DNA from: Halodesulfurarchaeum sp.
Lineage (GTDB): Archaea > Halobacteriota > Halobacteria > Halobacteriales > Halobacteriaceae
Length of the DNA stretch: 47,565 bases
Reading direction: 5' to 3'
NCBI GenBank assembly: GCA_042216015.1
Contig: JBDGUI010000030.1
Coordinates: forward strand, 1 to 47,565
The translations under genes and the position numbers were made by a program. The first letter of the stretch is position 1; each line of letters begins with the position of its first letter. A model generated the notes under the pieces. The model saw nothing but the letters and a program-made list of their open reading frames with translations, searched no databases and had not been told where the DNA came from. This document shows positions 10,061 to 20,086 of the stretch, piece by piece.

Positions 10061-10543
10061 ATGGACGAACGCGACGTCGCCATCCTCAAGGCAATCTCCG
10101 ACCTCGGCACGGGGAGTCCCGATCGCATTCACGAGGAGACCGACATTCCCGTCTCCACGATTCACTATCGGCTCAACAACCTCCGAGAGGAGGGGATCAT
10201 CGACAATGATCTCTACGATTTCGATCACGAGGCACTCGGACTCGGCGTCACGATCATCGTCGAGGTGCTGGCGAATTACGACGGCACCTCCGAGGACGTC
10301 CAGGAGGCCCTCTTCGACATCGAGGGAGTCACCCAGGTGTTTTTCACGATGGGGGAGACTGACTTCATCGTTCTCGCCCGATTGCCGGATTCGGACAGCG
10401 TCGAGCGGCTCATCAGGGATTTCGAATCGATTCCGGAGGTGTCCCGAACCACATCGACGTTCGTCATCTCGACGATGCGGGACGAATCACGCGCACCGGC
10501 GACCTACGAACTGGACACGCTCATCGACGCGTTAGTCGAGTGA
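10061..10543 (+). CDS. Lrp/AsnC family transcriptional regulator
   Basis: MDERDVAIL, an HTH ending STIHYRLNNLREEGII and a RAM domain with TMGETDF. Confidence 0.92.
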   Translation: MDERDVAILKAISDLGTGSPDRIHEETDIPVSTIHYRLNNLREEGIIDNDLYDFDHEALGLGVTIIVEVLANYDGTSEDVQEALFDIEGVTQVFFTMGETDFIVLARLPDSDSVERLIRDFESIPEVSRTTSTFVISTMRDESRAPATYELDTLIDALVE

Positions 10544-11026
10544 GAAATCGTTCTCTGAAAGGGTCCGCTCGACGTAGAGCAGGCTCACCAGCCCGAGGAT
10601 GATGATCGTGTAGGCGACTGCCGCGAGCAACGCGTCCTTGACGGTCGGGTATTCCGACGTTCGGAAGATGATGACCTTCCGGACCATGGCGATCACGCCG
10701 GTATAGATCACCAGCCGAACGATCTGTCGCGTATCGTTCTGTTTGACATAGGCGACGACGGTCTGATAGACCTCCACGATGATGAGCAACAGCAATCCAG
10801 TCTCGATGAAGCCGATCACCACGTGGGGATTCGTGATCCCACCCGTCGGGACCGTCAACGCGATCTGGTAGGCGAGGTCGATCACCCCAATGCCGAAGAG
10901 CAACGCGAAGAGTCCGGCCGCTGCCAGTTCGACGATCTTCACGAACTGACCGATCACCCGGGAGATCCGATTCGTCGTGGAGATCCTCCTTTCCGAACCA
11001 CCTTCGCTCGTGTCCTCATCGGTCAT
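10532..11026 (-). CDS. phosphate-starvation-inducible PsiE-family membrane protein
   Basis: Four TM segments, LLLLIIVEVYQTV and IAMVRKVII. ATG at 11026. Confidence 0.75.
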   Translation of the reverse strand: MTDEDTSEGGSERRISTTNRISRVIGQFVKIVELAAAGLFALLFGIGVIDLAYQIALTVPTGGITNPHVVIGFIETGLLLLIIVEVYQTVVAYVKQNDTRQIVRLVIYTGVIAMVRKVIIFRTSEYPTVKDALLAAVAYTIIILGLVSLLYVERTLSENDFSLD

Positions 11027-11102
11027 CTCGTCACTCGATCGAAATATCGGGATCACCCCTCCTAAAAGGAGGGGTCGGGTACCCATCAACCAGGAAAACG
11101 GG

Positions 11103-12971
11103 TTAGTCGTATCGCTCGATCTCCTCTCGAAGCACCTCTGAAACGATTTCCCCGTCAGCCTTCCCCCGCAGCTCGTCCATCGCCTCACCCATGAGTCCCG
11201 AAAAGGCGCCCATGCCCTCCGATCGAACCTGGTCGGCGTTTCGGTCGATCACCGCCCTGACGGCCTCACGCACCGCCGATTCGTCGACCCCGCCGACCCC
11301 AGCAGCCTCGATCGCTTCGTCCACGTCACAGTCGGACGATTCCGCGAGAACGCGCAGTACGGGTCCGATCCCCTCCTTTGCGAGCTCGCCGTCGCTGACG
11401 GATTCGAGGACCGACACGAAGTGGTCTTCGGTCAGGTTCCCGACGGGGACGCCGTCCCGGCGAAGTTCCGTCGTCGTGGATTCGACTGTCGTCGCCGCGA
11501 GAGACGGATCGACACCCGCCTCGACGCTCCGCTCGAATGCCGGGAAATTGCGACCGAAGGCGACCTGCTCGGCCAGTCCCGGATCGAGGCCGTAATCCGC
11601 CACGTACCGGTCGACCCGCTCCTCGAGCAGTTCCGGCGTTTCGATGTTCCCTGGGTCGATTTCGACCGGTGGCACGTCCGTCTCCGGATACATTCTCGCG
11701 GCCCCCGGGAGTGGCCGCAAGTATGCGGTCGTTCCGTCCTCGTTGGCGTCACGCGTTTCCTCCGGAACGCCCCGAATGGCGGCTTCGGCCCGTTCGGCCG
11801 CGGCTTCGATCGCCCTGGAAGCAGTCTCCGAATCGGCCGCGACCAGCGCAACCGCATCGTCGTCGGACGCCTCGACGGCCTCCCTGAGGGCCGAGACGTC
11901 GCTGTCGCTGATTCCGTACGCCGGCAACTCGTCGGTGTGGAAGATGCCCCCAGCCCCGTTTCGCCTCGCGTGATCCGAGAGTTCGGTTCCGAGACGCCGA
12001 TCGGGCTGGATTTCGCGTCCGAGTAACCCATCGAACCCGGCAAGGCGAACGGCTTTGACGGCCCCTCCCGTCGAGAGTGCATCCTGGATGACCCCGGATT
12101 CGGTGTCCTCGAAGACGGCGGTGACGTCCTGTGGATCACCGACAGCACCACCCCGTTCCTGAAGCTCGGTCGCGATTTCGAGGAGGGTTGCCTGTCTGTT
12201 CACCTCGCCGCGGACGATATCCTCGATCCCATCGAGGTCCTGGACTCCCTTCACCTCGACGCGGGCTCCCTCCTCGATCGAGACGTTGACGTCCTGTCTG
12301 ATGGTTCCGAGGCCGCGTTTGACCGCCCCCGTCGACCGGAGAATCATCCCGATCCGGGCGGCGGCCTCCCGGGCCTGCTCGGGACTCGTGATGTCCGGTT
12401 TCGTCCCAATCTCGACCAGTGGCACCCCGAGTCTGTCGAGCGAGAAAACGACCCCCGAATCGGTCTCTTCGATCCGTCTCGCTGACTCCTCCTCGAGCAT
12501 GAGGTCCTCGATGCCGACGGTTCCCCCGTCGGTCTCGATCTCGCCATCGGTGGCGATCAAGGACGTCCGCTGGAACCCGGACGTATTCGAGCCATCGATC
12601 ACGACCTTTCGCATGGGGTGGACCTGATCGACCGGCGTCATCGAGAGCAGCTGGGCGATTTCGAGGGTCGTCTCGATCGCCTCCTCGTCCATCGGGTGGG
12701 GCGGTTCGTCGTCCTCCTCGACCAGGCAGGTCGTATCGTAGCTCAGGTACTCGAACTCCCGGTCCAGGCGACTTTCCTCGAGTGCTGCCTCGTCGATTTC
12801 GCCGAGTTCGCTCGCCGTCGGGTGGAGATATCGATGAAATCGGCGGACGGCCGCTGCCTCATCTCGTTGGGTCGTCGGACAATTACAGAAGAGCTTCGTG
12901 TCGGTATCGAGTTGCTGGTGAATCTCGAGACCGGCGAGCAGCCCCAGGTCGTCGGGATCGAACTCGGTCAT
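11103..12971 (-). CDS. gatE: glutamyl-tRNA(Gln) amidotransferase subunit E
   Basis: GLEIHQQL, KLFCNCP, IDGSNTSGFQRT, RGLGTIRQDVNVSI and RPLPGAARMYPETD. Confidence 0.98.
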   Translation of the reverse strand: MTEFDPDDLGLLAGLEIHQQLDTDTKLFCNCPTTQRDEAAAVRRFHRYLHPTASELGEIDEAALEESRLDREFEYLSYDTTCLVEEDDEPPHPMDEEAIETTLEIAQLLSMTPVDQVHPMRKVVIDGSNTSGFQRTSLIATDGEIETDGGTVGIEDLMLEEESARRIEETDSGVVFSLDRLGVPLVEIGTKPDITSPEQAREAAARIGMILRSTGAVKRGLGTIRQDVNVSIEEGARVEVKGVQDLDGIEDIVRGEVNRQATLLEIATELQERGGAVGDPQDVTAVFEDTESGVIQDALSTGGAVKAVRLAGFDGLLGREIQPDRRLGTELSDHARRNGAGGIFHTDELPAYGISDSDVSALREAVEASDDDAVALVAADSETASRAIEAAAERAEAAIRGVPEETRDANEDGTTAYLRPLPGAARMYPETDVPPVEIDPGNIETPELLEERVDRYVADYGLDPGLAEQVAFGRNFPAFERSVEAGVDPSLAATTVESTTTELRRDGVPVGNLTEDHFVSVLESVSDGELAKEGIGPVLRVLAESSDCDVDEAIEAAGVGGVDESAVREAVRAVIDRNADQVRSEGMGAFSGLMGEAMDELRGKADGEIVSEVLREEIERYD

Positions 12972-13018
12972 TGTCTGATCGTTGTTGTGGAGGGTTAAAA
13001 TCGTTCAGACTCCGATCG

Positions 13019-14530
13019 TCAGGTCGGGACTGTCTCGGGGTCGCGCAATCCGAGTGAGATGAGGAGCCGATCGGCAACCTGCTCTCGAAGCCGTTCGGCC
13101 TCGTCCTCTCCGATGTCGATTGCCCGGGCCTCCGGAGAAACGAAACCCGCCGAACTGGCCGTGTCGATGACGACCGTGCCGAGGTGCCACCGTCGCTGAA
13201 AGAGCGTCCGCCGGTCGATGACCGTCTGCACCCGGTCGACCGGGACGACGTGTGTGCGTCGGCGCCAGAACCCCGTGCGCGTCCGGACGTAGTCCGCTGA
13301 TAGTTCCCACCCCCGGTGAATCCATTTCTTCCGTGCCGCGATCGGGACCGCCGCGTAGAGAACGGCGAGACCGTACCATGGAAACGGCATCACCACTCGG
13401 CTCACCACGACGCCGATCCCGAGCAGCGTCGTCACGAGAATCCCGTATCTGAACGCGTATCGGCGTTTTGCGACCGGGGCCGGGCGGGTGAAATCGAGTT
13501 CGCCAAAGGGTTCGACCTCGCGGGCCAGCTCGAGCAGGTCTTCCCGGCTGGCCAGTGGAACGGCCGACTCCGAGTCACTCGCCGACCCCGGACCGTATCC
13601 GGCCGTCTCGATGGCGAGTGAGGCATAGCCGAAGTGACGCATCGGGAGATTTTCCTCGATTAAAACCGTCTGTATCTTCCCCTCCGGTATGCTGCCGTCG
13701 TACCGCTTGAGGAGGCCCCGCTCGTATCGAAGTTCCTCCCCAACCCGCGTGAGGGTAAATCCGTAGTACCCGACGAACCTGGCAAAGGCGCTGAGTAGCC
13801 ACATCGCGCTCCCCACGGCCATGAATACGAACAGACCGAAACCAACGATGATGACTGGTGTGAGTCCCTTCACGTACTCCGAAAGGAACGGGGCACCGAA
13901 CGGGACCACGACGAAGAGCACCGAGGCGACCCGTGGATCGAACGAGAGCAAACTGTAGAGGACGAGCGATTCGTCGTCCAGGGAGAAGACGACCTCGGCC
14001 TCGGATGCCGCCGCAGATTTGCCCGTGACGGTCTCCGCTTCAGCGTCGCCCGTTTCGGCGGCCCCCTCGAGTCGTCGCTTACGGGTTCGGATGCCCTCCT
14101 GGAGCCGCTTGGCCTCGGGAACCGAGACGAACTGGAGTGACGCCTCCGTGTCACTGCCACCGGCGGTTTCGATGCCGACCGCGGTAATGCCCAGCACCCG
14201 CTGGACGATCGACCGGGTCATGTCCACGTTCTGGATCCGGCCGAGGGGGATCTCCCGCTTTCGACGGAAGAGCACTCCCGAGTCGATGTTCAACGTTTCC
14301 TCGGTCAGTTCGTAGGCGAACAGTCTGTACCGAAGCACCTCGTAGCCGATCGCGCCAAGCCCGAGGAGGACCGCCAGAATCACCCCAACAGGGATCCAGT
14401 CGGGGGCGACGTCCATACCCCGAAGCGGTTCCTGCACCATGGAGCCGAAAACGGATCCCGCAATCGCGAGGCCGAGAGCTCTCGATCCGCCCCGAATCGG
14501 CACGGTGAGAGGATGGAGTTTAGACGCCAT
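13019..14530 (-). CDS. membrane protein with three bacterial PH (bPH_2) domains, YdbT-like
   Basis: Repeated motifs IPLGRIQNV, IPEGKIQTV and VPVDRVQTV with IETAG/IDTAS, separated by TM pairs. Confidence 0.85.
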   Translation of the reverse strand: MASKLHPLTVPIRGGSRALGLAIAGSVFGSMVQEPLRGMDVAPDWIPVGVILAVLLGLGAIGYEVLRYRLFAYELTEETLNIDSGVLFRRKREIPLGRIQNVDMTRSIVQRVLGITAVGIETAGGSDTEASLQFVSVPEAKRLQEGIRTRKRRLEGAAETGDAEAETVTGKSAAASEAEVVFSLDDESLVLYSLLSFDPRVASVLFVVVPFGAPFLSEYVKGLTPVIIVGFGLFVFMAVGSAMWLLSAFARFVGYYGFTLTRVGEELRYERGLLKRYDGSIPEGKIQTVLIEENLPMRHFGYASLAIETAGYGPGSASDSESAVPLASREDLLELAREVEPFGELDFTRPAPVAKRRYAFRYGILVTTLLGIGVVVSRVVMPFPWYGLAVLYAAVPIAARKKWIHRGWELSADYVRTRTGFWRRRTHVVPVDRVQTVIDRRTLFQRRWHLGTVVIDTASSAGFVSPEARAIDIGEDEAERLREQVADRLLISLGLRDPETVPT

Positions 14531-14978
14531 CGTCTGCGTCGTGTTCGCCAGCAAGCGTGCGGAGTTGTTCCTGCAGGGACTCGGCTCGGTCGGGAACCAG
14601 TCCGGGGATCGTCACGTCCGCCCCCCGCGAGCCCGCGGTGTACACCACGATCCGGCTGAGTCCGATGGCCCGCTCGAGCGGGTTCCGCTGGGTGTCGATG
14701 TGCTGGACCCGCACGTACGGAACCACCGTCCTGACCCGCGTCAGGACGCCTCGATGGAGGAAGAGGGCGTCCGATCGAACCTCGAAGTGCCACAGTCGAA
14801 AACGGAGATGCGCGTGGAGGACCAATACGCCGGTCACGGCGACGAAGATCCCGATCGCGAGCACCGGCTCTCGATCGAACCAGTAGAGGATCCCGGCACC
14901 CAGCACCCCGAGGAGGCCACCAACGAACAGGGCGAGGAGTGCCCAGATGAGTTGCACGCGGGGATTGAGACGTTCCAT
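14520..14978 (-). CDS. bPH_2-domain membrane protein, YdbS-like
   Basis: Two TM segments, then VPYVRVQHIDTQRNPLER and VYTAG. Overlaps the start of the downstream partner. Confidence 0.85.
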   Translation of the reverse strand: MERLNPRVQLIWALLALFVGGLLGVLGAGILYWFDREPVLAIGIFVAVTGVLVLHAHLRFRLWHFEVRSDALFLHRGVLTRVRTVVPYVRVQHIDTQRNPLERAIGLSRIVVYTAGSRGADVTIPGLVPDRAESLQEQLRTLAGEHDADDGV

Positions 14979-15088
14979 GAGTGAGGTAGCGGCGTGCTGC
15001 CCCTTCAAAGAATGGGTCACGGGGCCGAGATTCACGCGAGAAACTCACACGTCCCCCTGTCGGGAGAACTCGAATCGGTCCGCCGATT

Positions 15089-16498
15089 TCAGTCCGTCAG
15101 AATTCCCGGTTCCGTCATCGCCAGGGGGTCGATGACGTCTTCGGCCTCGTCCTCGGTCAGGTACCCTCTGTCGATGGCGACCTCGCGAATCGATCGCCCC
15201 TCGGCCAGCGCGACCTTGGCGACCTCCGTGGCGGCATCGTATCCGATGGCCGGATTCAGTGCCGTGGCGAGTGCCAGGCTCCGTTCGACCTGTGTGGCAC
15301 AGACCTCCTCGTTTGCCTCGAGTCGGGCAACGAATCGGTTTCCGAAGGTCTCTGCGCCGTTTGCGAGCAGCCGTGCGGACTGCAGGAACGTCGTGGCGAT
15401 CACCGGCTTGTACAGGTTGAGATCGAGTTGACCGGCGGCCCCGCCCTTCGCGACGGTGGCGTCGTTTCCGACGATCCGGGCGTGAACCTGGTTGACGGAT
15501 TCGGCGACGACCGGGTTGATCTTGCCCGGCATGATCGAGGAGCCGGGCTGGTTCTCCGGCTGGGCCAGTTCTCCGAGGCCGTTTCGTGGGCCCGAGGCCA
15601 ATAGCCGGAAATCGTGAGCGATCTTCTCGAGGGAACCCGAGACCGTCCTGAGCGCAGCGTGTGCCTGGACCATCGCGTCGTGGGCGGCCTGGGCCTCGAA
15701 GTGATTCTCCGCCTCGCGGAACGCGAGCCCTGTCTCCTCGTTGATCCGGGCGATAGCACGCTCGGCGAACTCGGGATGGGTGTTGAGGCCGGTTCCGACT
15801 GCAGTGCCCCCGAGGGCGAGTTCGTCGAGTTCCGTGCTCGCGGCGTCGACGCGCTCGATGCCCTTCTCTACCTGGGTGCGATAGCCCCCAAACTCCTGGC
15901 CGAGTCTGACAGGAGTCGCGTCCTGGAGGTGCGTGCGCCCCGTTTTGACGATCCCGTCGAACTCGGCTTCGGCCTCTTCGAGGCGCTCTCGAAGGGTCTC
16001 GAGTGCCGGCTTGACCGATCGTTCGATTGCGCCCCGTGCGGCGACGTGCATCGCCGTGGGAATCACGTCGTTCGAGGACTGTCCGAAGTTCACGTGGTCG
16101 TTTGGATGAACGGCCTTGCTCCCGATCTCCTCGCCCATGATCTCCGCGGCCCGGTTGGCGATGACCTCGTTCGCGTTCATGTTCGTCGAGGTCCCGGATC
16201 CGGTCTGGTAGACGTCGACCGGGAACTGGTCGTCGAGTTCGCCCTCGATGACCTCGGAGGCGGCCTCCTGGATCGCCTCGGCCACGTCCACTGGGATAAG
16301 GCCGAGTTCGACGTTGGCACCGGCCGCGGCCTTTTTCACGACGCCCAGCGCTCGAAGGAACCGTCTGTCCATCGTTCGTTCGCTGATGGGAAAGTTCTCG
16401 ACGGCTCGCTGGGTCTGGGCCCCCCAATACGCGTCAGATGGGACGGCGATTTCACCGAGGCTGTCGGTTTCGATCCGCTCGCCGGGAGTGTCCTCCAT
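15089..16498 (-). CDS. fumC: class II fumarate hydratase
   Basis: YWGAQTQR, QTGSGTSTNMN, KTGRTHLQDA and the signature GSSIMPGKINP. Confidence 0.95.
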   Translation of the reverse strand: MEDTPGERIETDSLGEIAVPSDAYWGAQTQRAVENFPISERTMDRRFLRALGVVKKAAAGANVELGLIPVDVAEAIQEAASEVIEGELDDQFPVDVYQTGSGTSTNMNANEVIANRAAEIMGEEIGSKAVHPNDHVNFGQSSNDVIPTAMHVAARGAIERSVKPALETLRERLEEAEAEFDGIVKTGRTHLQDATPVRLGQEFGGYRTQVEKGIERVDAASTELDELALGGTAVGTGLNTHPEFAERAIARINEETGLAFREAENHFEAQAAHDAMVQAHAALRTVSGSLEKIAHDFRLLASGPRNGLGELAQPENQPGSSIMPGKINPVVAESVNQVHARIVGNDATVAKGGAAGQLDLNLYKPVIATTFLQSARLLANGAETFGNRFVARLEANEEVCATQVERSLALATALNPAIGYDAATEVAKVALAEGRSIREVAIDRGYLTEDEAEDVIDPLAMTEPGILTD

Positions 16499-16572
16499 GG
16501 CGGCCGTTCGCCGAGGAGTCACGTAAATCCATCTGACTGGTCGTCTCTGGGCTGTGGACCGCTCACCGCCGA

Positions 16573-17556
16573 TCAGGTAAACTGGTCGAGTCCGGTCTGG
16601 CAGACCGCCGACTCGATGCGCTCGAATCCTCGCGAGACCTCGTCTTCGGGGATCTCCCAGGTGTCCGTGACGTATTCCCTGCCGGCTTGCAGGTCGGGGT
16701 CGATATCGAGGTCGATGCGGTAGTCCTCGCTCACGTTCGGCTCGAGGAACAGCTCACGAATCCGGTCTGCGTGTTCGATGTAGTCGTCCTCTGCCTCGAG
16801 GACCCCCCAGAGATCGCCGTGTTCCCTGACGGCCGAGAGGGCGGTTTTTGGCCCAAAGCCGTCCAACCCATCGTTGAAGTCCGTCCCACAGAGGATTCCG
16901 ATGTCAACGAGCTGACTCCAAGTGATGTCGTGGGTTTCGAGAGTCGCCTCGAAGTCCATGAGTTCCGGGTCATCACTCGTCGTGAGCTTTCGAAGCGTGA
17001 GCGGTGCGCCCAGAAGCAAAGTGTCGTAATCCTCGCTGCCCGCGTAGTCGATTTCGGGATCGTTTCGAGCCATGGCGGCCGCCTGTGCCTCGCCCTCCGC
17101 CGGCGCCTCGACGATCGGGACATCGAGGAGTTCGAGCAATTCCCGCGTCGTCCGGTGGATCACGTCAGTCAATCGCTGGGTCCGGGATTCGAGCCGTGCG
17201 GCCGCGATCGGATCGCCGGCGGCTTTCGCCTCCTCCATTCGGTCTTGGGCTTCCGCTCGCTTCTCCCGTCGTCGCTCGACCTCCGCGTTCTTGAGTTCGG
17301 TCACGCCACCGTCGAAGACGAACACCGGGGTGAGATCGTTCTCGAAGAACTTCGGGAGTCCCTGCACCACGCCGATGAGATTTGCAACCTCCTCACCGGC
17401 CTTCGTGGTGTAGACGTCCTCGCGAGTGAATTTGACCGTCGTCGTGAGATATCGGTAGAGCCAGTTGTGGGCGTCGACGGCCACCACGGTTCCATCGAGG
17501 TTCTCGTAGGAGACCTCGGAGATGACCGCCAGTTGCCGGAGATCAGCGAGTCCCAT
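16573..17556 (-). CDS. fen: flap endonuclease 1
   Basis: [29 protein letters not shown] and a C-terminal PIP box QTGLDQF. Confidence 0.97.
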   Translation of the reverse strand: MGLADLRQLAVISEVSYENLDGTVVAVDAHNWLYRYLTTTVKFTREDVYTTKAGEEVANLIGVVQGLPKFFENDLTPVFVFDGGVTELKNAEVERRREKRAEAQDRMEEAKAAGDPIAAARLESRTQRLTDVIHRTTRELLELLDVPIVEAPAEGEAQAAAMARNDPEIDYAGSEDYDTLLLGAPLTLRKLTTSDDPELMDFEATLETHDITWSQLVDIGILCGTDFNDGLDGFGPKTALSAVREHGDLWGVLEAEDDYIEHADRIRELFLEPNVSEDYRIDLDIDPDLQAGREYVTDTWEIPEDEVSRGFERIESAVCQTGLDQFT

Positions 17557-18112
17557 CGTCTTCAGGTTCGTCCGAGGGGGCAAAAGGGATACCGTTCAAC
17601 GTGGGAGGTGGGGTTCCCGACTCGAGCCACGTCGCGAGGAGTCCCCGTTCACGCTCGGGAAGATCCCGATCGACAAATCGCGCCAGTCCCGCGCGGTAGA
17701 TTGCCGGATCCCGCGTTCCGGGTGCCTCGAGCACGAGTTCGGCGATCCCGGTTTCCCGGCCGGTGAAGTGAAACCCGGCCTTATAGAGCGCCCGGTACGC
17801 GATCGGATTGTTGACGGCGATCGAGATCCGCTCGAAGTCCCGATCGAACAGCGTCTCAGTGACCTTCGAGGCGAGTTCGGGTCCGAGTTCCTCGCCCCGA
17901 CGCCCTTCTCTGACCGTAATGTACCGTATCCAGGCCCTGTCCGATTCCTCCCGGTCGGCGTTGAACGCCGCGGCGGCGACGATCTCCCCGTCGGATTTCA
18001 GGATGGCCTTCCCGGTATTCGTCATCTCGAACTTCCCGGCGTAACTGAACGCCCGCCAGTCGAGTGTCAACGATGGTCCATCCGGGGGGAATCCCAGGAC
18101 CTCGTACTCCAT
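17543..18112 (-). CDS. GNAT family N-acetyltransferase
   Basis: IRYITVxxxRRGEELG (acetyl-CoA motif A) and [13 protein letters not shown] (motif B). ATG at 18112. Confidence 0.8.
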   Translation of the reverse strand: MEYEVLGFPPDGPSLTLDWRAFSYAGKFEMTNTGKAILKSDGEIVAAAAFNADREESDRAWIRYITVREGRRGEELGPELASKVTETLFDRDFERISIAVNNPIAYRALYKAGFHFTGRETGIAELVLEAPGTRDPAIYRAGLARFVDRDLPERERGLLATWLESGTPPPTLNGIPFAPSDEPEDDGTR

Positions 18113-18163
18113 CGATTCGCCGTTAGCGGGCGACTCATAAGGGTCCATCCCCTCTCGCTCACC

Positions 18164-18730
18164 GTGCACGACGTTCCGTACTTCGACCGATTCGCGCCAC
18201 TGTACGACGTGGTGCTGCCAGCGACGGACGCGGCACCACTCGACGCCGGACTCGGGCGAGCCGATCGCCAGATATCGAATATTCTCGACCTCGGGGGCGG
18301 CACCGGTCGGGCCGGACGGGCGATCGAAGCGGACACGCTGATCTTCGATGCGAGCGGACCGATGCTCTCCCGGGCGGCGAAAAACGGCCATCCCGCCGTC
18401 CGGGGAGACGTCCGGTCGCTTCCCCTCGACTCGGAGAGCGTTGATGCAATCCTCTCGGTCGATGCCATTCACCACCTGCCGGCGATCGAGACCGTCCTCT
18501 CTGAGGTCGAGCGGGTGCTTCGACCGGGTGGCGTGGTCGTCATCCGCGACTTCGATCCCTCGACGCTCCGGGGACGGGGACTCGCGCTTGCCGAACGAAT
18601 CGTGGGCTTCGAATCGACGTTTTACCCCGTCGAAACGCTCGTCGAGCCTCTCGAACGGACTGGACTCGAACCGGCAGTCCTCGAGTCGGGCTTTGTCTAC
18701 ACGATCGCCGCGAGAAAACCCCGGAAGTAA
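18164..18730 (+). CDS. class I SAM-dependent methyltransferase (UbiE-like)
   Basis: FDRFAPLYD, LDLGGGTG, GDVRSLPL and RVLRPGG. GTG start inferred. Confidence 0.85.
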   Translation: MHDVPYFDRFAPLYDVVLPATDAAPLDAGLGRADRQISNILDLGGGTGRAGRAIEADTLIFDASGPMLSRAAKNGHPAVRGDVRSLPLDSESVDAILSVDAIHHLPAIETVLSEVERVLRPGGVVVIRDFDPSTLRGRGLALAERIVGFESTFYPVETLVEPLERTGLEPAVLESGFVYTIAARKPRK

Positions 18731-18734
18731 TGAT

Positions 18735-19772
18735 TCAAGGGAGATAGGGAGCCAACCCCATCGCCTTTACCAGCGGGAGTCCGCCGGCGACCGCTCCGAG
18801 CAGATACCCGGCGATTGCACCGCCGTTCAGCAGCGGCAGTCCGGCGTGTGGCCGCCCCTTCGTGACGAAATAGAGGAGCGTGAGCAATCCGACCACCGTA
18901 CCGGCCATGGCCCCGAGGGAGGCGTATTCGAGTCCGAGTACTGTCGGCATCTCGAGAAATGTCGCGGCGCTCACCACGAGTATCGTCGGAATGACGACGT
19001 CGCCGAGGCCGATGAAGAAAGCATCCCGATCGAGGGGGTTCTCGGGGTCGGCAGGGGCGGATCCACCCGTGGCCCCTGGATTCGATGCACCCGTGCCTGC
19101 TAATCCCGGCGTCTCACTGGCTTCTCCTTCCTGTGACTGTTCGTCGGTCTCGAGATCTGCAGCCATCTCGCGGAACGAAAACGAACGAGTGGTCGGGAGA
19201 ATGATGAGCACCGGAACCCGAAGTTCCATCACCCCCGAGGCGAGGGTCAACATGTGTTCGGTGCCGTATACGCTGATCGCGTCGTACACGGCGAAAACCG
19301 CCAGGAGAATGAGCACCGGAAGTACGTCCAGGCTGATTCCAAACAGGGCTGCGGCACCCATTCCCATGAGTAGGCCCGCCCCGTCGATGATCCACCACTC
19401 GGGATACACCGCCAGCGCGAGCACGACAGCGCCACCGCCGAGGAGCGCACCGAGATGGAGGGTTCCCGGCTCGCCCACGAGTGGGGGGAGGAACACGGAA
19501 AAGACGTAGGCGGCTATGAGACCGCTGGTCAGCAGGATGAATCCTCGGAGCACCCGGGTCAAGTCGTACTTCAGGAGGAGGAGCATGCAGACGGTTGCGA
19601 CCAGCAACACGCCGAGGTAGAAGATCGAATTGGCCGGATCCGTGGGATCCTCGACGGCCTGGTACCCGGCTGTGGCAAAGGGTTCCTGCAACCAGAGTGC
19701 GCCGAACTGGACGGCGAGGAAGAATCCGACGGCCCCGAGAACGGCCGCGGCGATGCGACGTGGTGTCCTCAT
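18735..19772 (-). CDS. presenilin/signal-peptide-peptidase family intramembrane aspartyl protease (A22)
   Basis: About 9 TM segments, catalytic YD (VYDAISVY) and GLGD motifs, and the PAL-equivalent AGLPLLN. Confidence 0.92.
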   Translation of the reverse strand: MRTPRRIAAAVLGAVGFFLAVQFGALWLQEPFATAGYQAVEDPTDPANSIFYLGVLLVATVCMLLLLKYDLTRVLRGFILLTSGLIAAYVFSVFLPPLVGEPGTLHLGALLGGGAVVLALAVYPEWWIIDGAGLLMGMGAAALFGISLDVLPVLILLAVFAVYDAISVYGTEHMLTLASGVMELRVPVLIILPTTRSFSFREMAADLETDEQSQEGEASETPGLAGTGASNPGATGGSAPADPENPLDRDAFFIGLGDVVIPTILVVSAATFLEMPTVLGLEYASLGAMAGTVVGLLTLLYFVTKGRPHAGLPLLNGGAIAGYLLGAVAGGLPLVKAMGLAPYLP

Positions 19773-19849
19773 GGGAAACGATATCGTCGATGGGTCCTTT
19801 GCACTTCCGTTCCGCCGATTCACCACTCTTCTCGAGGCAGATCTGAAGC

Positions 19850-20086
19850 CTACTGTTCGGGTCGCCAGTAAAGCGGCTTCTGCAACAGGGGAGCTCCAGC
19901 GACGGAATCCCTCGGTGAGACGGCCAGGTACGGGCTCTCCGTCGGTCCAAACACGTCGACGACCCGACCGACGGTCTCGAGGGTCTCGTCGATCGCAGTC
20001 GCACCGATCGGTGCCGGGTCGTCTGATGCCGCGCTCACGACCAAGAGATTTCCGGCAATCCGGGTGACGGTGCCGAGTCGCTCCAT
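19850..20086 (-). CDS. gar1: H/ACA RNP subunit Gar1
   Basis: VGRVVDVFGPTESPY. Its ATG overlaps the srp19 stop (TGATG). Confidence 0.88.
   Translation of the reverse strand: MERLGTVTRIAGNLLVVSAASDDPAPIGATAIDETLETVGRVVDVFGPTESPYLAVSPRDSVAGAPLLQKPLYWRPEQ

Noticed and set aside
11103..12971. gatE without an adjacent gatD
   Set aside because: The two genes are often unlinked in archaea, so absence from this window is uninformative.
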